From NCBI GenBank assembly GCA_041687355.1, contig JAWLCD010000010.1:2371-66370 (forward strand): a stretch of DNA of 64,000 bases. The letters are read 5' to 3'. Every line of letters starts with the position of its first letter. Position 1 is the first letter of the stretch. The position numbers and the translations under genes are program-made. The notes beneath the pieces are model-generated. The model was not told the DNA's origin. It worked only from the letters and a program-made list of their open reading frames with translations, and did not search any database. Shown here one piece after another: positions 47,956-58,234 of this stretch. The stretch is from Clostridia bacterium (GTDB taxonomy: Bacteria; Bacillota; Clostridia; Acetivibrionales; UBA4821).

Positions 47956-48014
47956 TCTGTTTCTACCTCCTCATCTGGATGTTATGGTTTTATTAGCTTG
48001 GTTTACAAGTATTA

Positions 48015-48701
48015 TTATATAAAAATTCCCATTAAATGCAACCCTGTTAGAATGATTGGCTGGTGAATCAGGTAAATAATCAGTGAATGCCTGCCAAGAA
48101 AATTTATTAAATTTGGTTTCAGATTTGATGATAAAAGACTCTTTTTATTAGCATACAGGGTTTTGCCGGCCAGGGCTCCCATCAAAAAGACTCCAAACCA
48201 TGGCAGAACAGGATAATAGTCAAGAGAACAGAAACTATGTGACGTTAGCCCTGCTGCAAACAAATAGGATGTTTCCACACTGATGTCCGCTAAAAATATA
48301 CCGCTAATGATAATTACCACTGACAGCAGCAGAGCTGTTTTCCTCCCGATATTCTTCGCGAAATGATATATTACCATGCTGAATCCCATGAAATGCAGTA
48401 TGCCGAAAACAATAAATTTCTGTGGGTTGTATACGTACGTAACAAGGGTTAGCAGCATTCCCCAGGTAAATACCAACAAACCCCTCTTAAGATTATTCCT
48501 GCTTAAGGTACTGCTGATGCCGGCAGCTAGAATGAATAATATGGCAGATACCTTTCCCTCAAAGTACCAAAATCCTTCAAGGTAATCAATACCTGCCGAA
48601 TAAAAGTCAGTCAGGTCCACAACTGCATGAAACAAGACCATCAGTATAATGGCTATTCCTCTGGCAAAATCAATCTCCCATATACGACAGGCATTGCTCA
48701 T
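48015..48701 (-). CDS. DUF1624 / heparan-alpha-glucosaminide N-acetyltransferase-like membrane acyltransferase
   Basis: 228 aa. Contains RIWEIDFARGIAIILMVLFH. Multi-pass. Confidence 0.7.
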   Translation of the reverse strand: MSNACRIWEIDFARGIAIILMVLFHAVVDLTDFYSAGIDYLEGFWYFEGKVSAILFILAAGISSTLSRNNLKRGLLVFTWGMLLTLVTYVYNPQKFIVFGILHFMGFSMVIYHFAKNIGRKTALLLSVVIIISGIFLADISVETSYLFAAGLTSHSFCSLDYYPVLPWFGVFLMGALAGKTLYANKKSLLSSNLKPNLINFLGRHSLIIYLIHQPIILTGLHLMGIFI

Positions 48702-48804
48702 ATATCTTACACCTGACTCCTATGCCTGGTTGATTTTTTCTCATTCCATTTGCTACATCCAGACCCTGTCAGTATATCACTTTGCATTACATCGGACAAG
48801 GGTA

Positions 48805-49488
48805 TCAGGGACTGACTACAGTACCGGTCTGACCGATACCCCTGGCCAGCCTTGTAAGCCTCTGCCATGTAGCGCATCCAACGATGCCGTCTGCGGTAAG
48901 CCCCTGTGAGGCCTGAAAATTGATTACAGCCTGCTGAGTCCCGGGACCAAATACGCCATCAAGACCTGAGCCCGTAAACCCTACTGCATTCAGCGCATCC
49001 TGGAGAACAAGAACATATACGCCCCTGCTTCCAAGTGACTGCTGAGGATAACCTCCGCCAGGACAGGCAGGAGGACCGATTCTCCTGTCGACGTGAACCC
49101 AGGTAGGAGTTAAGTAAGCCGGTTCTACGTATGACCATACCCCGGAGTTTATTGCGGTCTGCCGGAGCTGGTTCCTGGTTGCAGGGTCCAGAACCTGCCC
49201 CATATCAAGGGCTGTTCCTGCATAATGCTGGGACTGGAAGCCATGTCCCCCTTCCCAGATTCTCTTAAAAGCAAAGCCTACATATATACTTCTTCCCCAT
49301 AATCTCCTGAAGACATTCCATGCATCCATTACCCTCCGGTCGGTCCAGAGCACATTAGCCCTCGAGCTGCCTCTAAATTCATTTACAGTGAGTGTCCCTC
49401 CGATATTATACGGCATGGGTTCAAATTCTTCTCTTTCATATCTTTCTATCGCATTTGTCTGAGGATTATATACAAGTATTACAGCCAA
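48805..49488 (-). CDS. peptidase M15-like (zinc D-Ala-D-Ala carboxypeptidase fold) protein with C-terminal peptidoglycan-binding domain
   Basis: H-x6-D (QHYAGTALD) and WVHVD motifs. The C-terminal PG_binding_1-like region is LQDALNAVGF..LDGVFGPGTQQAVINFQASQGLTADGIVG. Confidence 0.7.
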   Translation of the reverse strand: MAVILVYNPQTNAIERYEREEFEPMPYNIGGTLTVNEFRGSSRANVLWTDRRVMDAWNVFRRLWGRSIYVGFAFKRIWEGGHGFQSQHYAGTALDMGQVLDPATRNQLRQTAINSGVWSYVEPAYLTPTWVHVDRRIGPPACPGGGYPQQSLGSRGVYVLVLQDALNAVGFTGSGLDGVFGPGTQQAVINFQASQGLTADGIVGCATWQRLTRLARGIGQTGTVVSP

Positions 49489-49508
49489 AATAAATACCTC
49501 CCGATTTT

Positions 49509-49553
49509 AAGGTAGGGGGACGCGACCATTCGCTTCGCTCAAGGAACGTCCCC
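49509..49553 (+). repeat. RepE copy E4 (best stem GGGGACG/CGTCCCC)
   Basis: AAGGTAGGGGGACGCGACCATTCGCTTCGCTCAAGGAACGTCCCC, 5' of B4. Confidence 0.75.
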
Positions 49554-49610
49554 TTCTGATTATAGGGAAGATGAATTTAACTGGCGAATAAGTTTGCGGA
49601 GAAATCTTAG

Positions 49611-49741
49611 ATAAACAGGATTCTTGGGTTCAGGTGGAGTTTTGGCTCCAACTGAATCTTAGAAGCCGTTATCCAGGGACGTAGCGCCGCTTTTCTATAA
49701 TATTAAAGCTGGAGTCTTAGCGGCGGTAGTCATCGGATAAA
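49611..49741 (+). repeat. RepA copy A5 (core only, 131 nt), nested inside RepB copy B4
   Basis: The core sequence is flanked by the RepB left arm and RepC. Confidence 0.9.
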
Positions 49742-49753
49742 TTATGCGAAGTT

Positions 49754-49853
49754 ATGCTCAAATTTCAGGAAGAATTGACAGGACGTCAATTCTAGGAATT
49801 ATTGAGCCACGATGGCGAATTAATTCCGGTCTGAAATTTAGTATAACAAGCAT
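49754..49853 (+). repeat. RepC copy C2
   Basis: Differs from C1 at only a handful of positions. Confidence 0.75.
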
Positions 49854-49958
49854 CTAGTTTATCTTGATTTCGCAGTCCTTATGAGTTGCTAATTCATTTT
49901 CCCTAACTAATGAATTACCCCTTAATCACATTATATGACCTGCGTATCGGGAGGGTTC

Positions 49959-50137
49959 ATAAACAGGATTCTTGGATTCAGGTGGAGTTTTTGGCTCCAT
50001 CTGAATCTTAGAAGCCGTTATCCAGGGACGTAGCGCCGCTTAGACTACTAGTCGCTTGTTTTCAAAGAAATCTTAGCGATAGTGTCCATCTTTGATGCTC
50101 CCGAGGGGAGTCTTAGCGGCGGTAGTCATCGGATAAA
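49959..50137 (+). repeat. RepA copy A6 (179 nt; 54-nt module in hairpin 2 at 50044-50097)
   Basis: Core plus module. Lies just upstream (on the + strand) of the yebC terminator hairpin. Confidence 0.9.
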
Positions 50138-50145
50138 CTGCAAAA

Positions 50146-50187
50146 GGACAGGAACAGTAGCACAATATTGTGATACTGTTCCTGTCC
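50146..50187 (-). terminator. yebC terminator
   Basis: GGACAGGAACAGTA..TACTGTTCCTGTCC (14-bp stem plus an inner palindrome). On the minus strand it is followed by UUUUGCAGUUU. Confidence 0.8.
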
Positions 50188-50221
50188 CCCTGACATAAAA
50201 GGCTAAAATGTATGCTTACCC

Positions 50222-50947
50222 CTACTCCTGCTCCCAGTTGTGATACACGCTCTGCACATCATCATTGTCCTCAAGCTTCTCAATAAGAATCTCCATCTTC
50301 TTTGCCGCTTCCTCATCAAGCTTCACATAGTTTTGCGGGAGCATCTGGATTTCAGCTGTCGAAAAAACTATGCCCTTACCCTCAAGCTCCTCACGCACCT
50401 TTGAAAAATCCTCAGGCACAGTAATTATCTCAAAATACTCGTCCTCAGCATTAAAGTCCTCTGCCCCGGCTTCGAGAGCAAGCATCATAAGGGAGTCCTC
50501 CTCGACACCTTCATTTTTATCAACAAGGATTAACCCTTTCTTGTCAAACATCCAGGCAACAGAACCGGTTGTTCCAAGGTTACCCCCGTACTTATCAAAG
50601 AGATGCCTCATCTCTCCGGCCGTCCTGTTCCTGTTATCGGTCATGGCTTCAACAATTACCGCCACACCGCTGGGTCCATAGCCTTCATACACAATTTCCT
50701 CATAACCGGCACCATCTGCTTCACCCGAAGCCTTCTTGATGCTCCTCGTTATGGTATCATTAGGCATATTTGAAGCCTTTGCCTTAGCTATTACATCCCT
50801 GAGCCTTGTATTGGCATTTGGGTCAGGCCCGCCTTCCTTTACAGCTACTGCAATTTCTCTACCCAGTTTGGTAAATACCTTGCCTCTCTGGGCATCGGTT
50901 GATTCTTTCCTGCGTTTGATATTGGCCCACTTCGAATGTCCCGACAT
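50222..50947 (-). CDS. yebC: YebC/PmpR family DNA-binding transcriptional regulator
   Basis: [32 protein letters not shown]. Confidence 0.96.
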   Translation of the reverse strand: MSGHSKWANIKRRKESTDAQRGKVFTKLGREIAVAVKEGGPDPNANTRLRDVIAKAKASNMPNDTITRSIKKASGEADGAGYEEIVYEGYGPSGVAVIVEAMTDNRNRTAGEMRHLFDKYGGNLGTTGSVAWMFDKKGLILVDKNEGVEEDSLMMLALEAGAEDFNAEDEYFEIITVPEDFSKVREELEGKGIVFSTAEIQMLPQNYVKLDEEAAKKMEILIEKLEDNDDVQSVYHNWEQE

Positions 50948-51126
50948 ATGCTTTACCTCCTTGCTCAGTTTGCGCTACTATTCTATCATAAAATTCAAAG
51001 ATATTGACACTTCATTTTTTTTTGGAAATATGATAGGATTCTATAAATAATTCTTTTAATATCTTAATCTCATCGACTATGTAACGAGATGCCTTATACC
51101 AATTACTTTGGGAAGGGGGTTATTAA

Positions 51127-52410
51127 ATGTTGTCGAAGAAGGCTCCGCGCGTCTTACCACTGAAGATGGCACTAATGGTTAAGGATGTGAATCAGAAAGG
51201 TCAGGATTTTCTCAAGGTGTATTATGAACTGGAGGATTTATTCATGGAACTTTCCTTCTTGGAGGAAGAATCCCTGAATGCCCTTGACGACCAATACCTA
51301 CCGGAGAATTTCAATTTTGAAAATGAGTTGAACCGGCTGTATTCACGCTCAGTAGAGAAGCTTAATGAGTGGCGGGAAGCCTTAAACTCTCTGCGCCCCG
51401 AATACAAGGAATGGGCCTCCATGCAAAGCAGTATATCGCCTTCACTTAAGTTGAATGACCACATAGACATTTTTGAACCCTCACTGGAATCAATAGTAAT
51501 TGACTCCCGGCAGCTTCTTAAATCTATCAATGGATATGTTGGTGCAAGTGATGATGTTACTGCGCTTAAAAATTTACCACCTCATACGGTGACTGCTGAT
51601 GAACTTCGGTCTGAAATAAACCCTCTATTAGAATCGGCAAATACCAGACAGGAAAAAGCAGATGTATCTATTGATAAGCTGTATTTTTTCCGCGACCTGC
51701 TGCTCAATATACATTCGGTTAATGACTTCAACGCTTTCACCAGCTTGATGGATTTATTCGATGAAATTTGTTTTGCTGTGGAGGATGATTGGGGAGCATA
51801 CTATGAAGCGGTCGAGCAATTGCACTTGCGTGTTTACGAGTGGGCAACTCCTCAGCAGAAATGGAATCATCCGGTCATATCTGAGATTACGTTCCGTGCC
51901 GCCCCACACGCAGGTTTTCTAGAAACCAATCAGGTTCTAATAGACGTAATCAGCCAATGCAGCTCCCACTTTGAGAAACTGGAGAAAAGACTCAATGTTT
52001 CAAGTAAGGAAGAAAATCTTATCAGGTTCTTAACAAGACGTGCAGCTCATGAAAGGCATAACTTTCTCTCCTCAATGGAGAGACTGTATGATTTTTATAC
52101 TAAAATAAGCTGTCCGGATTCAGCTGTATATGAAGCTTCGTCCGATAACTGGAGTCATTATAGGACAGTGCGCCAAAACATTCTCAGAAACTACCGTGAC
52201 TTCAGAAAATACACACAAATGCTTATCGATAACTATAATAATGCTGTTGATTCAGGCCTAGCTTTACGAACTGCAAATTCCGTTCAGATTGAAGAACTGC
52301 TGAATTATTATAGGGGAAATATTATCTGCCTCAAGCGTAACATGAGGCGAATGCTCAGGTGGAGTAGAAAAAGAATTAAGAGGATGGAAGGAAGAAAATC
52401 TATTATATAA
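51127..52410 (+). CDS. hypothetical 427-aa helical protein (no recognisable domain)
   Basis: A GAAGGGGG RBS lies 7 nt upstream of the ATG. A terminator follows at 52420-52448. The C-terminal tail is basic (RRMLRWSRKRIKRMEGRK). Confidence 0.7.
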   Translation: MLSKKAPRVLPLKMALMVKDVNQKGQDFLKVYYELEDLFMELSFLEEESLNALDDQYLPENFNFENELNRLYSRSVEKLNEWREALNSLRPEYKEWASMQSSISPSLKLNDHIDIFEPSLESIVIDSRQLLKSINGYVGASDDVTALKNLPPHTVTADELRSEINPLLESANTRQEKADVSIDKLYFFRDLLLNIHSVNDFNAFTSLMDLFDEICFAVEDDWGAYYEAVEQLHLRVYEWATPQQKWNHPVISEITFRAAPHAGFLETNQVLIDVISQCSSHFEKLEKRLNVSSKEENLIRFLTRRAAHERHNFLSSMERLYDFYTKISCPDSAVYEASSDNWSHYRTVRQNILRNYRDFRKYTQMLIDNYNNAVDSGLALRTANSVQIEELLNYYRGNIICLKRNMRRMLRWSRKRIKRMEGRKSII

Positions 52411-52419
52411 ATTCAGATT

Positions 52420-52448
52420 GATAAGGCTCTTCTGCCTTATCTTTTTTT
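52420..52448 (+). terminator. terminator of the 427-aa hypothetical gene
   Basis: GATAAGGC-TCTTCT-GCCTTATC followed by TTTTTTT. Confidence 0.85.
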
Positions 52449-52595
52449 AAATATCTCATCAAGTTGTTACGTTCTTCAGAAAATTATGATAGAATAGAAT
52501 ATAACATAAATTGGATTTATTGTTGATGTAGGATTCTATGTCAGGACGTTAGTGAAACCAAATAACAATTTTTGTTTGAAGGGAGGATGTTTAAA

Positions 52596-53087
52596 TTGTA
52601 CTCTAATGAACTGCAGCAATCCATGCGCTGTGAACCTGAGATACCCGGTCTGGGAACTACCAGCAGCATATGGTTCTATCTTAAACACCCTCTGAAGGCA
52701 GCAGATAAAAAAAGACATACACTTAAGCTGTTGATTGAGAGTACGAAGGTTTTCTGGCGCCATTTGGCCGTGTCACATTCAACTGACACTATAACAACTC
52801 TAAAAGATTTGACCGAACAGGTAGACAAGCAGGCTGTGCAATTCGAAACCGAATACGCATCCTATGTTTATTTATGTAGGTATATTGAATACGTATTCGG
52901 CCAATGGATTGGAACCGAGGAACATTTAAACTGCGGCGATTTCTGGGACATAAAGTATTCAGTTATCCACCATATTGAACCAGGAAAACTTAACGACGAG
53001 TTTAAAAAACATAATCAAGCCTGTAAAGAGGAACTGGAGAGGCTCAGAAGTATAATCAACAAAGATAAAATGGACAAATCATCATGA
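52596..53087 (+). CDS. hypothetical ~163-aa protein (no recognisable domain)
   Basis: The ORF opens at 52572. TTG at 52596 is 9 nt after GAAGGGAGG, and the ATG at 52587 is too close to the RBS. A terminator hairpin follows at 53107-53131. Confidence 0.55.
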   Translation: MYSNELQQSMRCEPEIPGLGTTSSIWFYLKHPLKAADKKRHTLKLLIESTKVFWRHLAVSHSTDTITTLKDLTEQVDKQAVQFETEYASYVYLCRYIEYVFGQWIGTEEHLNCGDFWDIKYSVIHHIEPGKLNDEFKKHNQACKEELERLRSIINKDKMDKSS

Positions 53088-53106
53088 AAAAATTGCGACA
53101 ATACTC

Positions 53107-55130
<2,024 letters not shown>

Positions 55131-55195
55131 TTACCTTCAATACGGGATTAATTATATTTAAAAAACAGTGAAAAAAAAAGAGTCTTTTTAAGACC

Positions 55196-56053
55196 CTACA
55201 TTGTACCTGTATTCTTCTCCTCCTGGAAGCTTATTGCCTCAAGCAGCAGCTCTTCTGCCTCCTCAATCCCGGAGGGTACAGGCAGAAGAATTCCCCGTTT
55301 ATTCAGTCTTCTGAATAATTCTACTATAACCGGAGGCTCAAGATTAGCCTCCCTGATTGTTTCAGCCATTGAAAATATTTCAGCCGGTGTTCCCCTGGCA
55401 GCAATATGTCCACGGTTCAATACATATATGACATCTGCTATCTCCGGCACAACATTAATATCATGTGTGGTAACTAAAATAGTTGTACCAAAACTGCGGT
55501 TAAGCCTGTTAAGTAGGTTCATTATCTCCCTCTTGGCTCCCGGATCAAGCCCATCAAAGGGTTCGTCCAGAACCAGCAGCTGTGGATTGGTAACCATTGC
55601 CCCTGCCAGAGCCACCTTTTTTTTCTGCCCTCCGCTGAGGTAATGAGGAACCTTATTTAGAAGCTCACATATACCCAACTCCATGCAGACATTTTTAACA
55701 CACTCATCAATTTCTTCTTTCTTCCGGCCTTCATTCCTTAGTGAAAAAGCAATATCATCAAAAACGGTCGGACCTATTATCTGCTCATCAACATTCTGAA
55801 AGACTACGCCCATTTCTTTTCTCAGCTTCCTGAAGTCTTTTTTGGGGTTCATGCCGGCAACCGTAATTTCCCCCTCAACGGGTTCAAGAAGTCCCAGAAT
55901 ATGAGACAGCAGAGTGGTCTTGCCTGCACCGTTAGGTCCAAGAACAGCAACCCTCTCCCCTTTGTTTACAATAAAATCAAGTCCGCATATTCCAACCTCT
56001 GTTTTATCCGGGTAAACATGCCTTATGCACCTTACCTTTACCAGCTCGTCCAT
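55196..56053 (-). CDS. cbiO: ECF/cobalt-type ABC transporter ATP-binding protein
   Basis: GPNGAGKTT, LSGGQKKKVALA and LLVLDEP. Start at the ATG at 56053 (MDELVKV), overlapping cbiQ by 16 nt. Confidence 0.9.
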   Translation of the reverse strand: MDELVKVRCIRHVYPDKTEVGICGLDFIVNKGERVAVLGPNGAGKTTLLSHILGLLEPVEGEITVAGMNPKKDFRKLRKEMGVVFQNVDEQIIGPTVFDDIAFSLRNEGRKKEEIDECVKNVCMELGICELLNKVPHYLSGGQKKKVALAGAMVTNPQLLVLDEPFDGLDPGAKREIMNLLNRLNRSFGTTILVTTHDINVVPEIADVIYVLNRGHIAARGTPAEIFSMAETIREANLEPPVIVELFRRLNKRGILLPVPSGIEEAEELLLEAISFQEEKNTGTM

Positions 56054-56754
56054 GGTATCACTCCTATCAGCAGTACAGACAGTCCGAAAAATATTGGTAG
56101 AACATCCACAGTTTTCGGAACATTCCACACCGCTCCGGTTTGCAGTTTTCCTTCATATCCTCTCAGGGTATAGATATTATACATACGTTCTGACATGTCG
56201 AAAGTATTGATTATCAGCATTCCCAATGTACCCGCAGTGCTTTTCAGATAAAAAAACAGGTTCGCAGGCCTTAGCCCACCTCTGAGTCTAAGCATGGACA
56301 GCGTGCTTTGAATTTTGTCTGTCAAAATAAAGATTATTCTATATGTGAAGAACATTGCGTCTACAATAATGTCCGGTAAAAATAACCGCATTATGGAAAA
56401 CAGATGCGTATAAGGCGTTGATGCTATAACTACCAGTAAGCCTGCAGCTATCCCCATCGACTTTAAAGTAATAAGCAGTCCACCGGTTATGCTGTAGGAT
56501 GATTTAATGACTGCGAAGGGCAGACTGAAAAGAAAGGGATACAAAAGGAAATAGAGTACCCTTTTGAAACTAATTCCGGTAAACCTAGTAAGAATCAAAA
56601 CGACAGCTAGTATTGCAGCAGCCTTGACCCAGTCTCCAATCATTATCATGGTCACCGTTATCAGTACAGCCATTATGACCTTGGACAAGACCGAAGATTT
56701 ATTAAGCCATGTATTCTCATTATTTGAAATATAATCTATATAGGCTAAATCCAC
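56038..56754 (-). CDS. cbiQ: ECF/cobalt transporter transmembrane (T) component
   Basis: 238 aa, multi-pass, with the C-terminal ARG-type motif region (MLRLRGG). An AGGAGG RBS is present. Confidence 0.85.
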   Translation of the reverse strand: MDLAYIDYISNNENTWLNKSSVLSKVIMAVLITVTMIMIGDWVKAAAILAVVLILTRFTGISFKRVLYFLLYPFLFSLPFAVIKSSYSITGGLLITLKSMGIAAGLLVVIASTPYTHLFSIMRLFLPDIIVDAMFFTYRIIFILTDKIQSTLSMLRLRGGLRPANLFFYLKSTAGTLGMLIINTFDMSERMYNIYTLRGYEGKLQTGAVWNVPKTVDVLPIFFGLSVLLIGVIPWTSW

Positions 56755-56782
56755 AGAAACAACCTCCTAAGCTTGGATATTT

Positions 56783-56827
56783 AAGGTAGAGGGACGCGTC
56801 ATTCGCTTCGCCCAAGAAACGTCCTCC
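56783..56827 (+). repeat. RepE copy E5
   Basis: AAGGTAGAGGGACGCGTCATTCGCTTCGCCCAAGAAACGTCCTCC, in the cbiM-cbiQ gap. Confidence 0.75.
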
Positions 56828-56837
56828 TTGATTACCA

Positions 56838-56874
56838 TGGTCACACCATTCACTTCACTCAAGGAACTTCCCCC
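56838..56874 (+). repeat. RepE copy E6
   Basis: TGGTCACACCATTCACTTCACTCAAGGAACTTCCCCC, in tandem with E5. Confidence 0.7.
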
Positions 56875-56896
56875 TTTGATTAAATGAGTCAATCTG

Positions 56897-57640
56897 TTAG
56901 CTGTGTCCTTTCAGCATCTCCGGCCTCACCTTCAGAAAATACCTTACAATCAGCACTGTCACAAGGGTCTCAATGACAATACCCAGTCCCCACATGAACC
57001 CCAGTGCCATCCAGCCGCTTTGAAACAGAAACCTCGTTTCAGAAGGGCTTACATTATGCCCATTACCATGGTCGTGAATTTCTCCGGCCGTAATATGGTG
57101 CTCGTTGTTTCCCTGGTCCTCACTGTGGTGATGTTCGTCCGGGGCATGGTTATGCATCAGCGTACTTTCCCAACCTGCGTTGGTTACGCCTACAATACCA
57201 ACCATGAGTGAGGTTGAAATCAGTAATGCAGTCACTGTTGCAGCAGCAGCTGATGCAGCGGGTTTAATTCTTTCTTTAAGCACTATAAATAAGAACCATC
57301 CTATCAATGCTTGCGAACCTACGATAAGGGTGTTTAGCCCAACAACAGTTATACCTCCATGGCCCAGCATGGCAAGTATCAAATTAACTATAAATACAGC
57401 TGTAAAGACTACCCATGGTCCGGTCAGAATTCCTGCCAGAACTGCAAGGTTTGCATGCAAGGGGAAGGACATTACAACCAGCATTAGAGCACTTATAACA
57501 CCAATCATGGGAACCTTTTTCGCAATATTCCCATATTTAAGATTCTTAACACAGAAACCCAGCATTACAAACACAGCTATAAAGCTTGGCACCCAGAGTA
57601 CAGGTGATATTACTCCATCCGGCAAATGAATATGATTCAA
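56897..57640 (-). CDS. cbiM: CbiM/NikM-family metal (Co/Ni) uptake substrate component with His-rich loop
   Basis: N-terminus MNHIHLPDG (canonical is MHIPDG) and 6-7 TM segments. The His-rich loop is HNHAPDEHHHSEDQGNNEHHITAGEIHDHGNGH. Confidence 0.8.
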   Translation of the reverse strand: MNHIHLPDGVISPVLWVPSFIAVFVMLGFCVKNLKYGNIAKKVPMIGVISALMLVVMSFPLHANLAVLAGILTGPWVVFTAVFIVNLILAMLGHGGITVVGLNTLIVGSQALIGWFLFIVLKERIKPAASAAAATVTALLISTSLMVGIVGVTNAGWESTLMHNHAPDEHHHSEDQGNNEHHITAGEIHDHGNGHNVSPSETRFLFQSGWMALGFMWGLGIVIETLVTVLIVRYFLKVRPEMLKGHS

Positions 57641-57663
57641 TACTATTCAACTCCTCACATATT

Positions 57664-58077
57664 CTACGACGTCTGACACTGGGAACAGTAGCCATATACT
57701 TCAAGCTTGTGGCCTGTTACCTTGAAGCTTCCGTCCCGGCATACCTTCCTTTCGAGCTCTTGCACCGGGCATTCCTTAAGCTCCATGGTTCTCTTGCAGT
57801 TCAAGCATATTGCATGGTGGCTGTGTCTATCCGAGACGGCCTGGTACCTGTATTTATTGTCGCCAAAATTGAGCTTGTTTAACAATCCTTTTTTGCAAAG
57901 CAAATCAACTGTCCTGTATATTGTACTGAGATTGGTTGAGGGATTCAGCTTCTTAACTTCAAAGAAGATTTCCTCAGCAGTCATACAATGTTTACTGACT
58001 GCCAGGACCTTAATTATATCCGAGCGCTGTTTTGTTATCTTATATCCCTTGTCTGCAAAGTTTCCTTTTATATTCAA
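57664..58077 (-). CDS. Fur family metal-responsive transcriptional regulator
   Basis: 137 aa with a winged helix (TKQRSDIIKVL...STIYRTVDLL), HHAICLNC and a C-terminal CSQC. Lies 23 nt upstream of cbiM. Confidence 0.88.
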   Translation of the reverse strand: MNIKGNFADKGYKITKQRSDIIKVLAVSKHCMTAEEIFFEVKKLNPSTNLSTIYRTVDLLCKKGLLNKLNFGDNKYRYQAVSDRHSHHAICLNCKRTMELKECPVQELERKVCRDGSFKVTGHKLEVYGYCSQCQTS

Positions 58078-58097
58078 TAGCTATGACACTCTCCTTA

Positions 58098-58120
58098 TTG
58101 CAAATGATTCTCATTTGCAA
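58098..58120. promoter_or_regulatory. perfect 10-3-10 palindromic operator upstream of the Fur-family gene
   Basis: TTGCAAATGA-TTC-TCATTTGCAA. It lies 21-43 nt upstream of the start codon, next to a minus-strand TATAAT box (58124-58129). Confidence 0.65.
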
Positions 58121-58156
58121 GCTATTATATTATGGCTTTATATTCCTGTCAATATA

Positions 58157-58189
58157 CAAAAAAACAGACAAACACCCGTCTGTTTTTTG
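58157..58189. terminator. bidirectional-type terminator between the pseudo-PP2C gene and the fur-like operon
   Basis: AAAAAAA-CAGAC-AAACACCC-GTCTG-TTTTTT. Confidence 0.8.
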
Positions 58190-58234
58190 TGCATGGTTAC
58201 TAATGTCTGCCTGCTAAGTCAATATGTTTACAAA

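Larger units (their letters stand above)
49565..49903 (+). repeat. RepB copy B4 (arms 49565-49607 / 49854-49903) enclosing RepA A5 and RepC C2 (49754-49853)
   Basis: The arms match B1-B3. The interior differs from B1 only in that RepA replaces RepD. Confidence 0.8.

Noticed and set aside
57629-57631. ATT as the true start codon of cbiM, giving the canonical MHLPDG
   Set aside because: It lies 19 nt from the only RBS, whereas the upstream TTG is at 10 nt. I kept it as an open question in the findings rather than an annotation.
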